Below, piece after piece: positions 1 through 8,848 of a stretch of 64,000 nt of DNA. The notes below the pieces were generated by a model. The model saw only the letters and a list, made by a program, of their open reading frames with translations, was not told where the DNA came from and ran no database searches. Source of the stretch: a virus; the IMG/VR virus record IMGVR_UViG_3300021091_000014, positions 64,001 through 128,000 of that record; one strand, given 5' to 3'. Both the position numbers and the translations under genes were made by a program. Position 1 is the stretch's first letter. Every line of letters starts with the position of its first letter.

Positions 1-1382
1 CCAGGAATCTTTTCAGCTGCTTGTTTATGATGAACAAAGTCCTTCTCAAACATCTCCATAACTTCTTCATTACTAAACTCTCTATTATACTCTGGGGGTA
101 GAGACTTACCATCCCCAATTAAATGTCCTACACCAACTGTCCATAACCCTAAAGAATCTTTATATGGCTTGTGCCTGATACCTTCATGATGTATAATCAT
201 TTTTTTAGTATCAGCATCACTACCGGAAGGTAATTGAAGCCCCATCTTTGATTTTGGTTTAAGCCCGGTACCTAAAGCACCGCTTGATTCTTTAAGCCCG
301 GGGTCCTTACCTCCAGGACTAGATTTAGGCAGTTCAGAGCTTTTCTTTTCTACTTTTTGTGCAGGAGCACTTCCTGCTGGTCCAGGTTTTTCAGCAGCTG
401 CTGCTTCCGGAGCTCCTTCTGGTTTACCTTCTTGTTTTTTAGCTTGCGCTTCCTCTTCTTCTTTAGTTCTTGCTAACGCTACTCCAGCAGCTACCGTTCC
501 ACCAGCAATTGCAATACCAGCGGCAATTTTACCAGCTTTACCCATCTTACCAAACGCAGTTTTTGCTTTTGTAATTAAAGATATAGTTGTAGTAATTCCT
601 TCAGCTACAGATTTTAGTACTCCAGCACCAAGGTAAGTTGCCAGTCCAGCCGCTGCCGCAAGCAACGCAGTTTTAAAAGTATCCAACTCACCACTCGCTT
701 CTCCTAAACCTTTTGAGAACCCAGTGAAAAAACCTGAAATTTTTTCTTTAATATCTTTTGGTAAGAAAAGGTAAACAAGACCAGAAAATGCCGCAATGAT
801 AGCTGGATTTTTAAAAAAGTCACCCAATAAATCTCCAAATGATTTTTCACTACCTGTAGCACCCGTCTGAGTTGGTCTTTCTTTTTTTACAGGTACGGCT
901 TCAGCCTGCTGCTCTTCTAACTTATATTCTTCAACGCTCTTCTTATCAATAGCCTCTTGTAAGGCAGCAGTTACTCTTTCAAAGGACTTCACCACATCTT
1001 TAAGATTGAGAGCAATAGCACTTAAACTTTCTTTAACGTTCTTACCTTCATCTTTCTTACTATCAACAGCATTGCTAGTTGCTTTATTTTTAGCTTCTTT
1101 AACAGGTCTATCAAAAAGCATTTTAGCAACAGTACCGCTGCTAACCAAAGCTTCTAAAGCATCGTACTTTGCTTTTTCAACCTCGTCAGTACCAAGAATT
1201 TTATTAGTAGAAGCTACGGACATTGCTCGAGCATCTCTTTCAGACACAGCAGGCCCAATTATAGCTTCCTTTTCCTTACGAATCGCTGCTTCTTCTCTTG
1301 CAAGCTTGGCTTTTAATTCCTCCGGAGACATTATAAAATCAGGTTCAGGCTTGCTTACTGATGGTTTATTTTTTCTTGCCAT
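1..1382 (-). CDS. Tape-measure/baseplate-hub-like protein with C-terminal GH24 (T4-type) lysozyme domain; truncated at window edge and absent from the ORF track
   Basis: ATG at 1382 overlaps the upstream stop (TAATG). Manual translation gives MARKNKPS..., hydrophobic Ala/Gly helices, then MIIHHEGIRHKPYKDSLGLWTVGVGHLIG with the E-x8-D-x5-T triad (codons 183-185, 156-158, 138-140). Confidence 0.8.
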   Translation of the reverse strand, partial: MARKNKPSVSKPEPDFIMSPEELKAKLAREEAAIRKEKEAIIGPAVSERDARAMSVASTNKILGTDEVEKAKYDALEALVSSGTVAKMLFDRPVKEAKNKATSNAVDSKKDEGKNVKESLSAIALNLKDVVKSFERVTAALQEAIDKKSVEEYKLEEQQAEAVPVKKERPTQTGATGSEKSFGDLLGDFFKNPAIIAAFSGLVYLFLPKDIKEKISGFFTGFSKGLGEASGELDTFKTALLAAAAGLATYLGAGVLKSVAEGITTTISLITKAKTAFGKMGKAGKIAAGIAIAGGTVAAGVALARTKEEEEAQAKKQEGKPEGAPEAAAAEKPGPAGSAPAQKVEKKSSELPKSSPGGKDPGLKESSGALGTGLKPKSKMGLQLPSGSDADTKKMIIHHEGIRHKPYKDSLGLWTVGVGHLIGDGKSLPPEYNREFSNEEVMEMFEKDFVHHKQAAEKIP

Positions 1383-2737
1383 TATACGCCTACTGTTGTG
1401 GAATATGAGTAACTACTATCACTACGGGCTGAAGCATGCTCAGTTTTTGTTATAGTAGTACTATTATCTATATTATTAACTATAATTGGAGCTACCGCAT
1501 CTTTCTTTTCTATAATAATTTCTTCTGATGATTCTGCAATGTTTAAAGTTTTAGGCATAGTAAAGACTGGCAACTCCAGCGTCCCATCAGCCGTTTCAGT
1601 TATCTCACTTTCTCCATCCGAAGTAGCATCTTCTGATAATATTTCCATTGCTGGAGCCGGGACTGCTGTGGATTGGGGAGCAGAAGAAGTAGATGCTGTT
1701 TGAGTTTCTTGCTGAGGCGTTACTGCTTGATTAACAGCCGACTTATTTGATTCTTTAACTAAAGGAGGAACAGCCGACGCAATAGGAGCTTTCTCTATCG
1801 ACTGGGCCTGCACCCCTTCTGTAACTGATTCTTTTTCATCATCATCCTCTTCTTTAACTGCATCTATCTTAGGGGAAGCTCGTTCCTCTTCATCAAAAAA
1901 GCTCACTGCTTCATCATATATTTCATATAGTAAAAGCCCTATTGCTGCAAAAGTTCCTACAAATGGAATAGCAGTGAGTAGTTTTTTTCCAACGTTAGGA
2001 GCAATACGAGACGCAAATGCAAAAAGTTTTGATAGCTTACCTTTACCTTTTAATGCTTGCTTTTCTTTTTTAAGATCATCACGCGCGCTTTTAGCATTGC
2101 GCTTTTTCTCATCTATTACCTTTTCTTCTTTAGCTTTCTTTTTCTTTTCTTTCTCTACTTCTTTTTTATCTTTATCTAACTTTCCTTTTTCATCAACTAA
2201 ATCATCATTAGCAGCATCAGTTATACCAAATAAAATAGAAGTAACTCTAGAAAGCTCTTTCACTGCTTCAAGAGTTGTTCCAATTTGCTTAAAGAGTTTG
2301 TAAGCAAATACTCCAGTAAGCACAGCAGTAATACCTATTAGGGTATTTTTAATTACACCGAGAGTTTCTTGTCCTATAAGCCCGGAAATAAAACTTGCAA
2401 GATATTCTCTTGATTCTTTATTAATAAGAAAAGGAAGTATTAAGCCTAATTTTGCTAAATCAAAAGCTTGTTTCTTAGCTTTCGCAGCAATTTCTGGCAT
2501 ACGACTTTCTGGAATAGCATCAGGGGGAGGAGGAGGCTCCTCTTCACTTAAGTAATTAAGAAGAAGATCACTTAGCTCACTAGCTGATTGTTTAAGCTCA
2601 AGAGATCCTTCTTCTATATTATTTACTTCTGATTTAATATTAAGGAAAAAACCAACGCTTCCAAACATAGCAGATGATGCTTCATTTATAGCATCCTGCT
2701 TTTGTTTATCTCTTGCTTTTTTTCTTACTGATACCAT
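1382..2737 (-). CDS. Tape-measure/hub-like helical protein (gp29-like position)
   Basis: 451 aa with hydrophobic segments, a Lys/Glu coiled coil and a C-terminal 'APIIVNNIDNSTT' motif; lies directly downstream of gp26/gp51-like genes. Confidence 0.5.
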   Translation of the reverse strand: MVSVRKKARDKQKQDAINEASSAMFGSVGFFLNIKSEVNNIEEGSLELKQSASELSDLLLNYLSEEEPPPPPDAIPESRMPEIAAKAKKQAFDLAKLGLILPFLINKESREYLASFISGLIGQETLGVIKNTLIGITAVLTGVFAYKLFKQIGTTLEAVKELSRVTSILFGITDAANDDLVDEKGKLDKDKKEVEKEKKKKAKEEKVIDEKKRNAKSARDDLKKEKQALKGKGKLSKLFAFASRIAPNVGKKLLTAIPFVGTFAAIGLLLYEIYDEAVSFFDEEERASPKIDAVKEEDDDEKESVTEGVQAQSIEKAPIASAVPPLVKESNKSAVNQAVTPQQETQTASTSSAPQSTAVPAPAMEILSEDATSDGESEITETADGTLELPVFTMPKTLNIAESSEEIIIEKKDAVAPIIVNNIDNSTTITKTEHASARSDSSYSYSTTVGV

Positions 2738-2925
2738 TATCGTTGTTTTCTTGCCTTAATGCGTTCTTGTTCTCTTTCCAAGTAATCACGAAGAAGTTCA
2801 ACGTAGAGATCTCTCTCAAAGGGTATCATGTTTTCAATTTCTGTAACTGACCATTTATGGTGCTGAGCCAAACTAAAAATTAAAGTATAATAATTGCTTA
2901 GGTTATTATGACTCAGCCCAACATA
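2737..2925 (-). CDS. gp51-like hub assembly ORF, probably made as a -1 frameshift extension of gp26
   Basis: Reads YVGLSHNNLSNYYTLIFSLAQHHKWSVTEIENMIPFERDLYVELLRDYLEREQERIKARKQR*, resembling the QHHK.S..E.ENM.P.ER..Y small ORF of T4-like phages. No ATG at the 5' end. Its stop overlaps the next ATG. Confidence 0.75.
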   Translation of the reverse strand, partial: YVGLSHNNLSNYYTLIFSLAQHHKWSVTEIENMIPFERDLYVELLRDYLEREQERIKARKQR

Positions 2926-3623
2926 AAAAAATCATTTAACGAGGAAAGCTTAATTGTTCTTTCATTACCAAGACTGTTTGTATATTTAATTTCGTGATAT
3001 AATCTAGGCATTGTCTGAAAGAAATCTTGAATCTTTTTAAAAGATTTAACATCTAAATTTTGTAGAAAATCTTCTAGCTCTTCGCTAGAAGAATCACTTG
3101 CCATATAAACATTATCTCCATCATAAATTTTATCAATACAATTTTTAAGAATATCAAAAAATAAATCTGCTTCACTGTCTGTATTACTAATTTTTTCTGA
3201 CATCCCGGCATGCGGGTAAGCAAGATAAAAGCCAAGCTTATCTGTTACTTCTATTTTGTTAGTATGTGCAGGATCAAATCTTACTTCCACATCATCTAAA
3301 TTTACTTCTACGTCATACTTTAATTCATCTTCTAAATCTTTATAAGTCAACTTAATAACATTGTTAACCGATCTAGCTCTTATTTTTAAAAACAAATACT
3401 CTAAGTCAAAAGTAGCAAGCTTATCAATATCTACATTATTAGTAATAATACAATTATTAATTACTTGCTTAATAGAATTAATAATCTCATCTGAATCATT
3501 ACCCTGCATTGCCATTAATAATATTTTTTCTTCTTTTACTAAAAACGGTCTTACTACTAATTTTTCTTTGCTTGATGGTAATGTCACTTCAAAAGTCGGA
3601 TGACTAATTTTAGGTAAAGCCAT
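2913..3623 (-). CDS. gp26: Baseplate hub assembly protein, gp26-like
   Basis: MALPKI..P.FEVTLPS...RPFLVKEEKILL, FDLEYLFLKIRARSV, C-terminal L.DFF. Confidence 0.9.
   Translation of the reverse strand: MALPKISHPTFEVTLPSSKEKLVVRPFLVKEEKILLMAMQGNDSDEIINSIKQVINNCIITNNVDIDKLATFDLEYLFLKIRARSVNNVIKLTYKDLEDELKYDVEVNLDDVEVRFDPAHTNKIEVTDKLGFYLAYPHAGMSEKISNTDSEADLFFDILKNCIDKIYDGDNVYMASDSSSEELEDFLQNLDVKSFKKIQDFFQTMPRLYHEIKYTNSLGNERTIKLSSLNDFFMLG
2925..2931 (-). promoter_or_regulatory. Putative -1 ribosomal frameshift heptamer T TTT TTT
   Basis: Minus strand GAT TTT TTT ATG TTG GGC TGA gives an X XXY YYZ heptamer in the correct phase, three sense codons before the gp26 stop. Confidence 0.7.
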
Positions 3624-3638
3624 TTTATATCTCCTTAA

Positions 3639-4556
3639 TTAAATAAGTCCTCCAAGAGCAATCTTAGAGTTATTTACAACGTTAATAATATCAGCAACGT
3701 TGTTTGGTTTTCTAAGTGTAGCTAACGTTTGAATAGCTGTGCCAACTTTAATTAAACTTTGAATTGCGCTCGGTGATCTTTTTTCAAGTACTTGATTAAT
3801 GTTAATTCGTTCTATTTTCCAATTAAAAAATGTAAATGTGATTGGTAGTCTACTTACAGAGTCAGTATCGCCCCACCCAAGATTAACGTCACCCATAAAG
3901 ACGGGATATGCCTCTCTAAATCTAACATTAAGTATATCGTTATTAGATTCGTCTACTGTGGTTACTAATATATCAGTAGAATATTGATCCTTAAAGTTAA
4001 CTTCAAAAGGAGCTATAGAATAATCATGAGCATCTCCAACCGGACCGTAAACAACCTCATCAAATTTAATAATACTATTCATCCATTCGTAGAAAAATTT
4101 CTGCACCATACCTGAAGCATCAGTTAAGAATGTCATTGTTGTATCTATAAAAATAGGAGCATATGGTTTATTTTCTACTGGACCATAACCGTATCTTCTT
4201 ATGGGCGAGGTTGCAAAAGATACACCTGGAAGATTAGCTGACTCACAAAGAAATGCTAATGATCTAGCATTATCACTTTGATGTCTCATTGTGTGCGGAG
4301 GTCTTATCTCAATATAAAAATGAGCAGGTCTTGCAAAACCTTTTAACTTAGAAGCAGTGCCAAGAAAATTATTTAAATCTCTTCTATTTTGACCCGGGGG
4401 CAACCCTCTACCTGTACCAAATAAAGAGCCTATTGCATTTCTAAGCCCTTCAGGAACCCCAGGCAAATTGCTCACAGCATCTCCAATAGCTGCTGCCGAC
4501 CCTACAGCGTCTCGAGATTTTGATATTGCGCTATTAATCGCATTAATGGCTGTCAT
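3639..4556 (-). CDS. gp54: Baseplate tail-tube initiator (gp54-like, tube fold)
   Basis: GFARP..F, LCESANLPG, EAYP...GDVNLGW, LPITFTF motifs; synteny. Confidence 0.8.
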   Translation of the reverse strand: MTAINAINSAISKSRDAVGSAAAIGDAVSNLPGVPEGLRNAIGSLFGTGRGLPPGQNRRDLNNFLGTASKLKGFARPAHFYIEIRPPHTMRHQSDNARSLAFLCESANLPGVSFATSPIRRYGYGPVENKPYAPIFIDTTMTFLTDASGMVQKFFYEWMNSIIKFDEVVYGPVGDAHDYSIAPFEVNFKDQYSTDILVTTVDESNNDILNVRFREAYPVFMGDVNLGWGDTDSVSRLPITFTFFNWKIERININQVLEKRSPSAIQSLIKVGTAIQTLATLRKPNNVADIINVVNNSKIALGGLI

Positions 4557-5167
4557 CTAACATTTCCTTTTAGTTTAGCCTGTCTAATCTGTCTTACACT
4601 ATCTCTATGAACTTCTGATTCCGTTGCTTTTTTGAATCTTCTCAAAGGCAGAAAAAGAGCTTTCTCCCACTCCTCAGGAGAAATATGTAAGAATCTAGAC
4701 TTAACATGATTATTTAGATAGTGTTTTAAACAAGGTTTATAATACCTTAGTTTAGAAGTATTAGATAAAACGTTATAAGTTATTTTTAATCTCTGCATGT
4801 CCTCTTCGCCGACAACATAATCATAAAGCATGTCCATTAATTTTGCTCGAAATGCATATGGAAGATAATGCATATTAAGACCAACAAATCCCCCTCTAAT
4901 TATTTTTACAATAAAAATAACAGGAAATGTATCATAATACGGAAGCTCTATTTTAAGTTTCGGGTCATATCTAAAGAGATATAAGTGCCCCAGTCTTACT
5001 CTATTCTCAGCAACAATAGTATTTTTTCTTATAATTTGCTGAGGGTCTACCTTTCTAGGCTCAACATCATAAGCTTTTTCCCTAAGCCAGTTTGTAGCGT
5101 TAACTACTTTACTGCTATCAATATCGTCTTTTATAAAACTGGAAAATAAATTAGCCATTAATACCAA
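4553..5167 (-). CDS. gp2: DNA end protector protein
   Basis: YDPKLK..LPYYDTFP, GLNMHYLP, PCLKHYL..HV.S, WEKALFLP. Confidence 0.9.
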   Translation of the reverse strand: MVLMANLFSSFIKDDIDSSKVVNATNWLREKAYDVEPRKVDPQQIIRKNTIVAENRVRLGHLYLFRYDPKLKIELPYYDTFPVIFIVKIIRGGFVGLNMHYLPYAFRAKLMDMLYDYVVGEEDMQRLKITYNVLSNTSKLRYYKPCLKHYLNNHVKSRFLHISPEEWEKALFLPLRRFKKATESEVHRDSVRQIRQAKLKGNVR

Positions 5168-5591
5168 GTTCTTTCTCAGTCATTATAATAAATTTCCATT
5201 TTTTAAGTTCACAGAACTCCTTTGCAGCTTTCCATTTTGCAGTATTAACACCGTAAGTTTTAACTTCATTTAAATATCTTCTTGTTGGTTTTGTAAGCAC
5301 TTTAGGAGCTTGTACTTGTTTTAAAGGTTTTACCTCTATTACTAAGGATTCAATAATACCCTGAGGGTTCTTTTTTCTCACAAAAAAATCTGGAAAATAT
5401 CGATGGACTTTACCATCTATAGGAGATCTATAAGGAATGCAGAATTCTTCACTAGACCATTGAATTACATCAGGATGTGAGTCTAAATGAATCATAAGCT
5501 TAAGCTCCCAACCGCTACGATAAATAACGTTACTAGGATCACCTTTGTATTTGGCCGGGTTTTTCGGCTTAAAAAATCCCTTATAACTCAT
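5151..5591 (-). CDS. gp4: Head completion nuclease
   Basis: YKGFFKPKNPAKYKGD, YRSGWE, WSSEE, HRYFPDF, EVKP, NTAKW. Confidence 0.95.
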   Translation of the reverse strand: MSYKGFFKPKNPAKYKGDPSNVIYRSGWELKLMIHLDSHPDVIQWSSEEFCIPYRSPIDGKVHRYFPDFFVRKKNPQGIIESLVIEVKPLKQVQAPKVLTKPTRRYLNEVKTYGVNTAKWKAAKEFCELKKWKFIIMTEKELGING

Positions 5592-5597
5592 AGAAAA

Positions 5598-5605
5598 TAT
5601 TTATG
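5598..5605 (-). promoter_or_regulatory. T4-type late promoter variant (CATAAATA) for the leftward operon
   Basis: NATAAATA 6 nt upstream of the gp4 ATG; overlaps the gp48 start codon. Confidence 0.55.
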
Positions 5606-6706
5606 CCAATACGTACAGAGCAAGACAATTTTAAAAATAATACTTCTCTTTCTGAGCAGTTTAGTAAAACATTCAGTAGCTCTGTACAAGAAGTTAATAG
5701 TGCAACTGACGGATTTTTAAAGTCATCTCCTACAAGCGTTGGACAGGCTCTTAATAATGTAAGCGCTATAGCCGGCGCGTTTGGTAGATTAGGTATGTCA
5801 GCTGTAGGGTCTGTATCCTCTGCTTTAGGTCAACTTGGTAGTCTTGGAACATATACTAAATTTAAAGATAATTTTGTCCCTCCATCTAAACTCAAAGATA
5901 GAACTCCTGAAGATGCTGTCAGGAGAAATAGGGATAGATTTAACGGCCAACTTAGCTTTCCAAATAACATCGGCGAATATTGGATATCTTTTGTATTTGA
6001 AGCTTATGAAAGAAAGGTACCTTTATCCTCAGCGAAAAGTTTACCTACACAGACAATAAATCTCCCCATTCCATCTAATTTGCAAGAGCAATTTGCAATG
6101 CAATATGCTGATAAGCAATTAGGAATTGCAGGCTTCTTAGAACAAAATATACCAACAGGTATTAATTTTTCTGATGCTAAGTCTGTTGGAGAGGCCGTAG
6201 GTAAAGCTACCTCTGAAACTTTTAAACAAGCTGGCAATATTCAAGGAGCTTTTTACCTTGGTAGATCTGTTGCTGGATTAAGTGATAGTGTGGGTAGTGC
6301 TGTTGATAAAGCAACAGGCACAATTTTGAATCCATTTCAATCCTTGGTATTTCAAGGCATAAATTTAAGAACTCATTCTTTTACATATAAATTTTCTCCT
6401 AACAATGAAACAGAAACAAAAACCCTTAAAGAAATTTTATATGAATTTAAAAGAAGAATGCACCCTCAAAAAGATAATTTACTTTTTACTTTTCCAGATA
6501 CAGTTAAAATATTTTTTGGTAAAGTAAACAGTGAGCCATACTTTTTTAAAAAATGTTTTTTAGAATCTATGTCTATTAATTATGCACCATCCGGAGTACC
6601 TGCCTTTTTTACACAAACATCTTCTCCTGTTGAAGTAGAATTTTCTTTATCGTTTAAAGAAATTGAACCAATGACGAGAGATGATATAGAGAAGAACGGA
6701 AAATAA
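5603..6706 (+). CDS. gp48: Baseplate tail-tube cap
   Basis: I.LPIP.NL, NPFQ.L.FQG...R.HSF..KF.P, P..V...LSF.EIE; next to gp53. Confidence 0.85.
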   Translation: MPIRTEQDNFKNNTSLSEQFSKTFSSSVQEVNSATDGFLKSSPTSVGQALNNVSAIAGAFGRLGMSAVGSVSSALGQLGSLGTYTKFKDNFVPPSKLKDRTPEDAVRRNRDRFNGQLSFPNNIGEYWISFVFEAYERKVPLSSAKSLPTQTINLPIPSNLQEQFAMQYADKQLGIAGFLEQNIPTGINFSDAKSVGEAVGKATSETFKQAGNIQGAFYLGRSVAGLSDSVGSAVDKATGTILNPFQSLVFQGINLRTHSFTYKFSPNNETETKTLKEILYEFKRRMHPQKDNLLFTFPDTVKIFFGKVNSEPYFFKKCFLESMSINYAPSGVPAFFTQTSSPVEVEFSLSFKEIEPMTRDDIEKNGK

Positions 6707-6707
6707 A

Positions 6708-7577
6708 ATGGCACTGTACAATTATTTTAGCAAACTTGGAACCACGACCTATAATGGTGAGCTAGTTGTTGATATTATTAAAAACGTAAGGTTTAAAGAG
6801 TTTGTTAAGAAGAATGTTGTAACCTATTACCCTTATACAGTCAAAGAAGGGGAAAGAGCGGAAACAATAGCTTACAATTACTATGAAGATGAACGCTACG
6901 CCTGGGTAGTTTACTTAAGTAATAATATTATAGATCCATATCACCAATGGCCTCTTTCTGTAAAAGACTTTAGTAAGTTTATTATTGCAAAGTATGGATC
7001 TATTGAAACCGCTCAGCAAAAAATATCGTTTTATAGAAACAATTGGTATAATGATGATTCAATTTTAACCACAAGCGCTTACAGTGCACTTACTGGCAAC
7101 TTAAAAAAATACTGGAATCCTATTATTGGATATAGCGGAGAGATAGGTTCTTACGAGCGTAAAAAAGATGACAGCATTGTAGAAACAAATTTAGTATTAG
7201 ATATTAATGTAAATAGCTCGGATGATTTTATCGTTGGAGAAAGAGTAACTCAAAAAACATCCGGTGCAGTTACTGGTGCAGGATGGATAAAAGCAATTAA
7301 AGAAGGTGCTATTACTATTAATAATATCTCCGGGCAATTTAGCAACACTTCCGGATCAGTAGGTTCTATAGTAGGATCAACTTCAGAAATAAGCAGAACT
7401 GTTACTGAGGTTATAGAAACATATAGAGCTATTTTATTAATAGAGCAAGCATATTGGTCTCCAATTTCTTTTTATGATTATGAAGATGAATTAAATGAAT
7501 CTAAAAAACATATTAAACTTATTGATCGACAGTATATCCCAGTAATTGAAGATCAGATGACAGAATTGCTTTCATGA
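6708..7577 (+). CDS. gp53: Baseplate wedge subunit
   Basis: YTVKEGERAETIAYNYY....WVV...N.IIDP..QWP; YE..LNE.K..I.L. Confidence 0.9.
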   Translation: MALYNYFSKLGTTTYNGELVVDIIKNVRFKEFVKKNVVTYYPYTVKEGERAETIAYNYYEDERYAWVVYLSNNIIDPYHQWPLSVKDFSKFIIAKYGSIETAQQKISFYRNNWYNDDSILTTSAYSALTGNLKKYWNPIIGYSGEIGSYERKKDDSIVETNLVLDINVNSSDDFIVGERVTQKTSGAVTGAGWIKAIKEGAITINNISGQFSNTSGSVGSIVGSTSEISRTVTEVIETYRAILLIEQAYWSPISFYDYEDELNESKKHIKLIDRQYIPVIEDQMTELLS

Positions 7578-8848
7578 CAAATAAAACGTACGAACCTGGT
7601 GATGTTAATATATTAAAGGTTACATTAAGAAAAAATGGCTCTGGCTCTCAAATTCCAGTAGACATTAGATCACAGATGCTTTCAATGTCTGTTTATGAAG
7701 ACATTGAAGAGCCGTCCATGCTTTTAGAACTAACAATGGTTGACTCTATCAACTTAGTTCAAGATTATCCTATTGTTGGAGAAGAAATTATATCAGTAAG
7801 CTTTTTTACTCCTGGTAGAGACAATCCTACCAAGCTAGACTTTTATGTTTATAATGTAGAGAGTACCGGTACAAGTCCTACTGCTAAAGGATCTATTTAC
7901 ATTCTTAAAGCTGTTTCGCCATGTCATTATTATAATGCAAGTGAGCTTATAGAGAAATCTTATAAAGATACTATTGATGAAATGGTTAAAGATATTTTGA
8001 AGACGACTCTTAGTAATAGCAGTGCAGGATCAAACAAATATACGGTTGAAAAAACTAAAGGTATACTTCCATTAACTGTTCCAAGATTAAAGCCATTTGA
8101 AGCAATTGATTTCTTAAGACAGAAAGCTATAAGTGCGGAGTTTGCTTCTGGAGGATCATTTGTATTTTTTGAGAATCAATTTGGACATCAATTTAAAAGC
8201 GTAGAAGCTCTTCTTAAAGAAGGTAAACAAGACATACAATCAAAAGTATTTACTTACGCTCCAGATACCATAAGTGATAAAGAGAGACAGCAATATGCAT
8301 TTAGAAATATTATTAGGTACACACACTTAGGTAAATTTGATTCAATTGAAAAAATTAATAGTGGGGTAGTTGTTAATACAGTTCAAGCTTTTGATATACT
8401 TACTAAACAAGTAGCAACAACAAAATTTAATTTATCTGAAAAAGCAAAGAGTTTTGTATCTACTGATAATAAAGGTCGATTACCTAACTCAACAGAATTT
8501 GTAGAAAAATACTCTAAATCAGCTTCTAAAAAATTCTTTATGGCTAAAGACAGCTCTAGAGGAGATGATTATATTGATACTAATTTAGGATCTAAATCAG
8601 CTTACGCCTCTTTATTAAATCAAAATGCCGTGCGTATTTTAATTTACGGAGACAGTTACTTAACAGCTGGTGACCTTATACAACTTGATCTACCCGAACT
8701 TTCTGGTACTACAGAAAAAAAAGTTAGTGATAGAAATAATTCTGGAAATTATTTAATTACTAAACTTAGACATATTTTAACAATGGAAGAAGGTGGTAAA
8801 CCAAAACATCAAATTTCTCTTGACTGCGTTAGAATGGGATACAAATGA
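7574..8848 (+). CDS. Baseplate hub protein (gp27-like position)
   Basis: Between gp53 and gp5; VYEDI..P, F.FFEN..G..F.S, GD..L.AGD, SGNYLIT..RH. Confidence 0.65.
   Translation: MTNKTYEPGDVNILKVTLRKNGSGSQIPVDIRSQMLSMSVYEDIEEPSMLLELTMVDSINLVQDYPIVGEEIISVSFFTPGRDNPTKLDFYVYNVESTGTSPTAKGSIYILKAVSPCHYYNASELIEKSYKDTIDEMVKDILKTTLSNSSAGSNKYTVEKTKGILPLTVPRLKPFEAIDFLRQKAISAEFASGGSFVFFENQFGHQFKSVEALLKEGKQDIQSKVFTYAPDTISDKERQQYAFRNIIRYTHLGKFDSIEKINSGVVVNTVQAFDILTKQVATTKFNLSEKAKSFVSTDNKGRLPNSTEFVEKYSKSASKKFFMAKDSSRGDDYIDTNLGSKSAYASLLNQNAVRILIYGDSYLTAGDLIQLDLPELSGTTEKKVSDRNNSGNYLITKLRHILTMEEGGKPKHQISLDCVRMGYK

Noticed and set aside
1006-1455. Plus-strand 149-aa ORF and other short opposite-strand ORFs (1974, 3361, 3799, 20879, 60889)
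   Set aside because: They are shadows of well-supported genes on the other strand.
5151-5591. TnsA-like nuclease suggesting a transposon
   Set aside because: Sequence and synteny identify it as T4 gp4; no other transposition genes or ends are seen.
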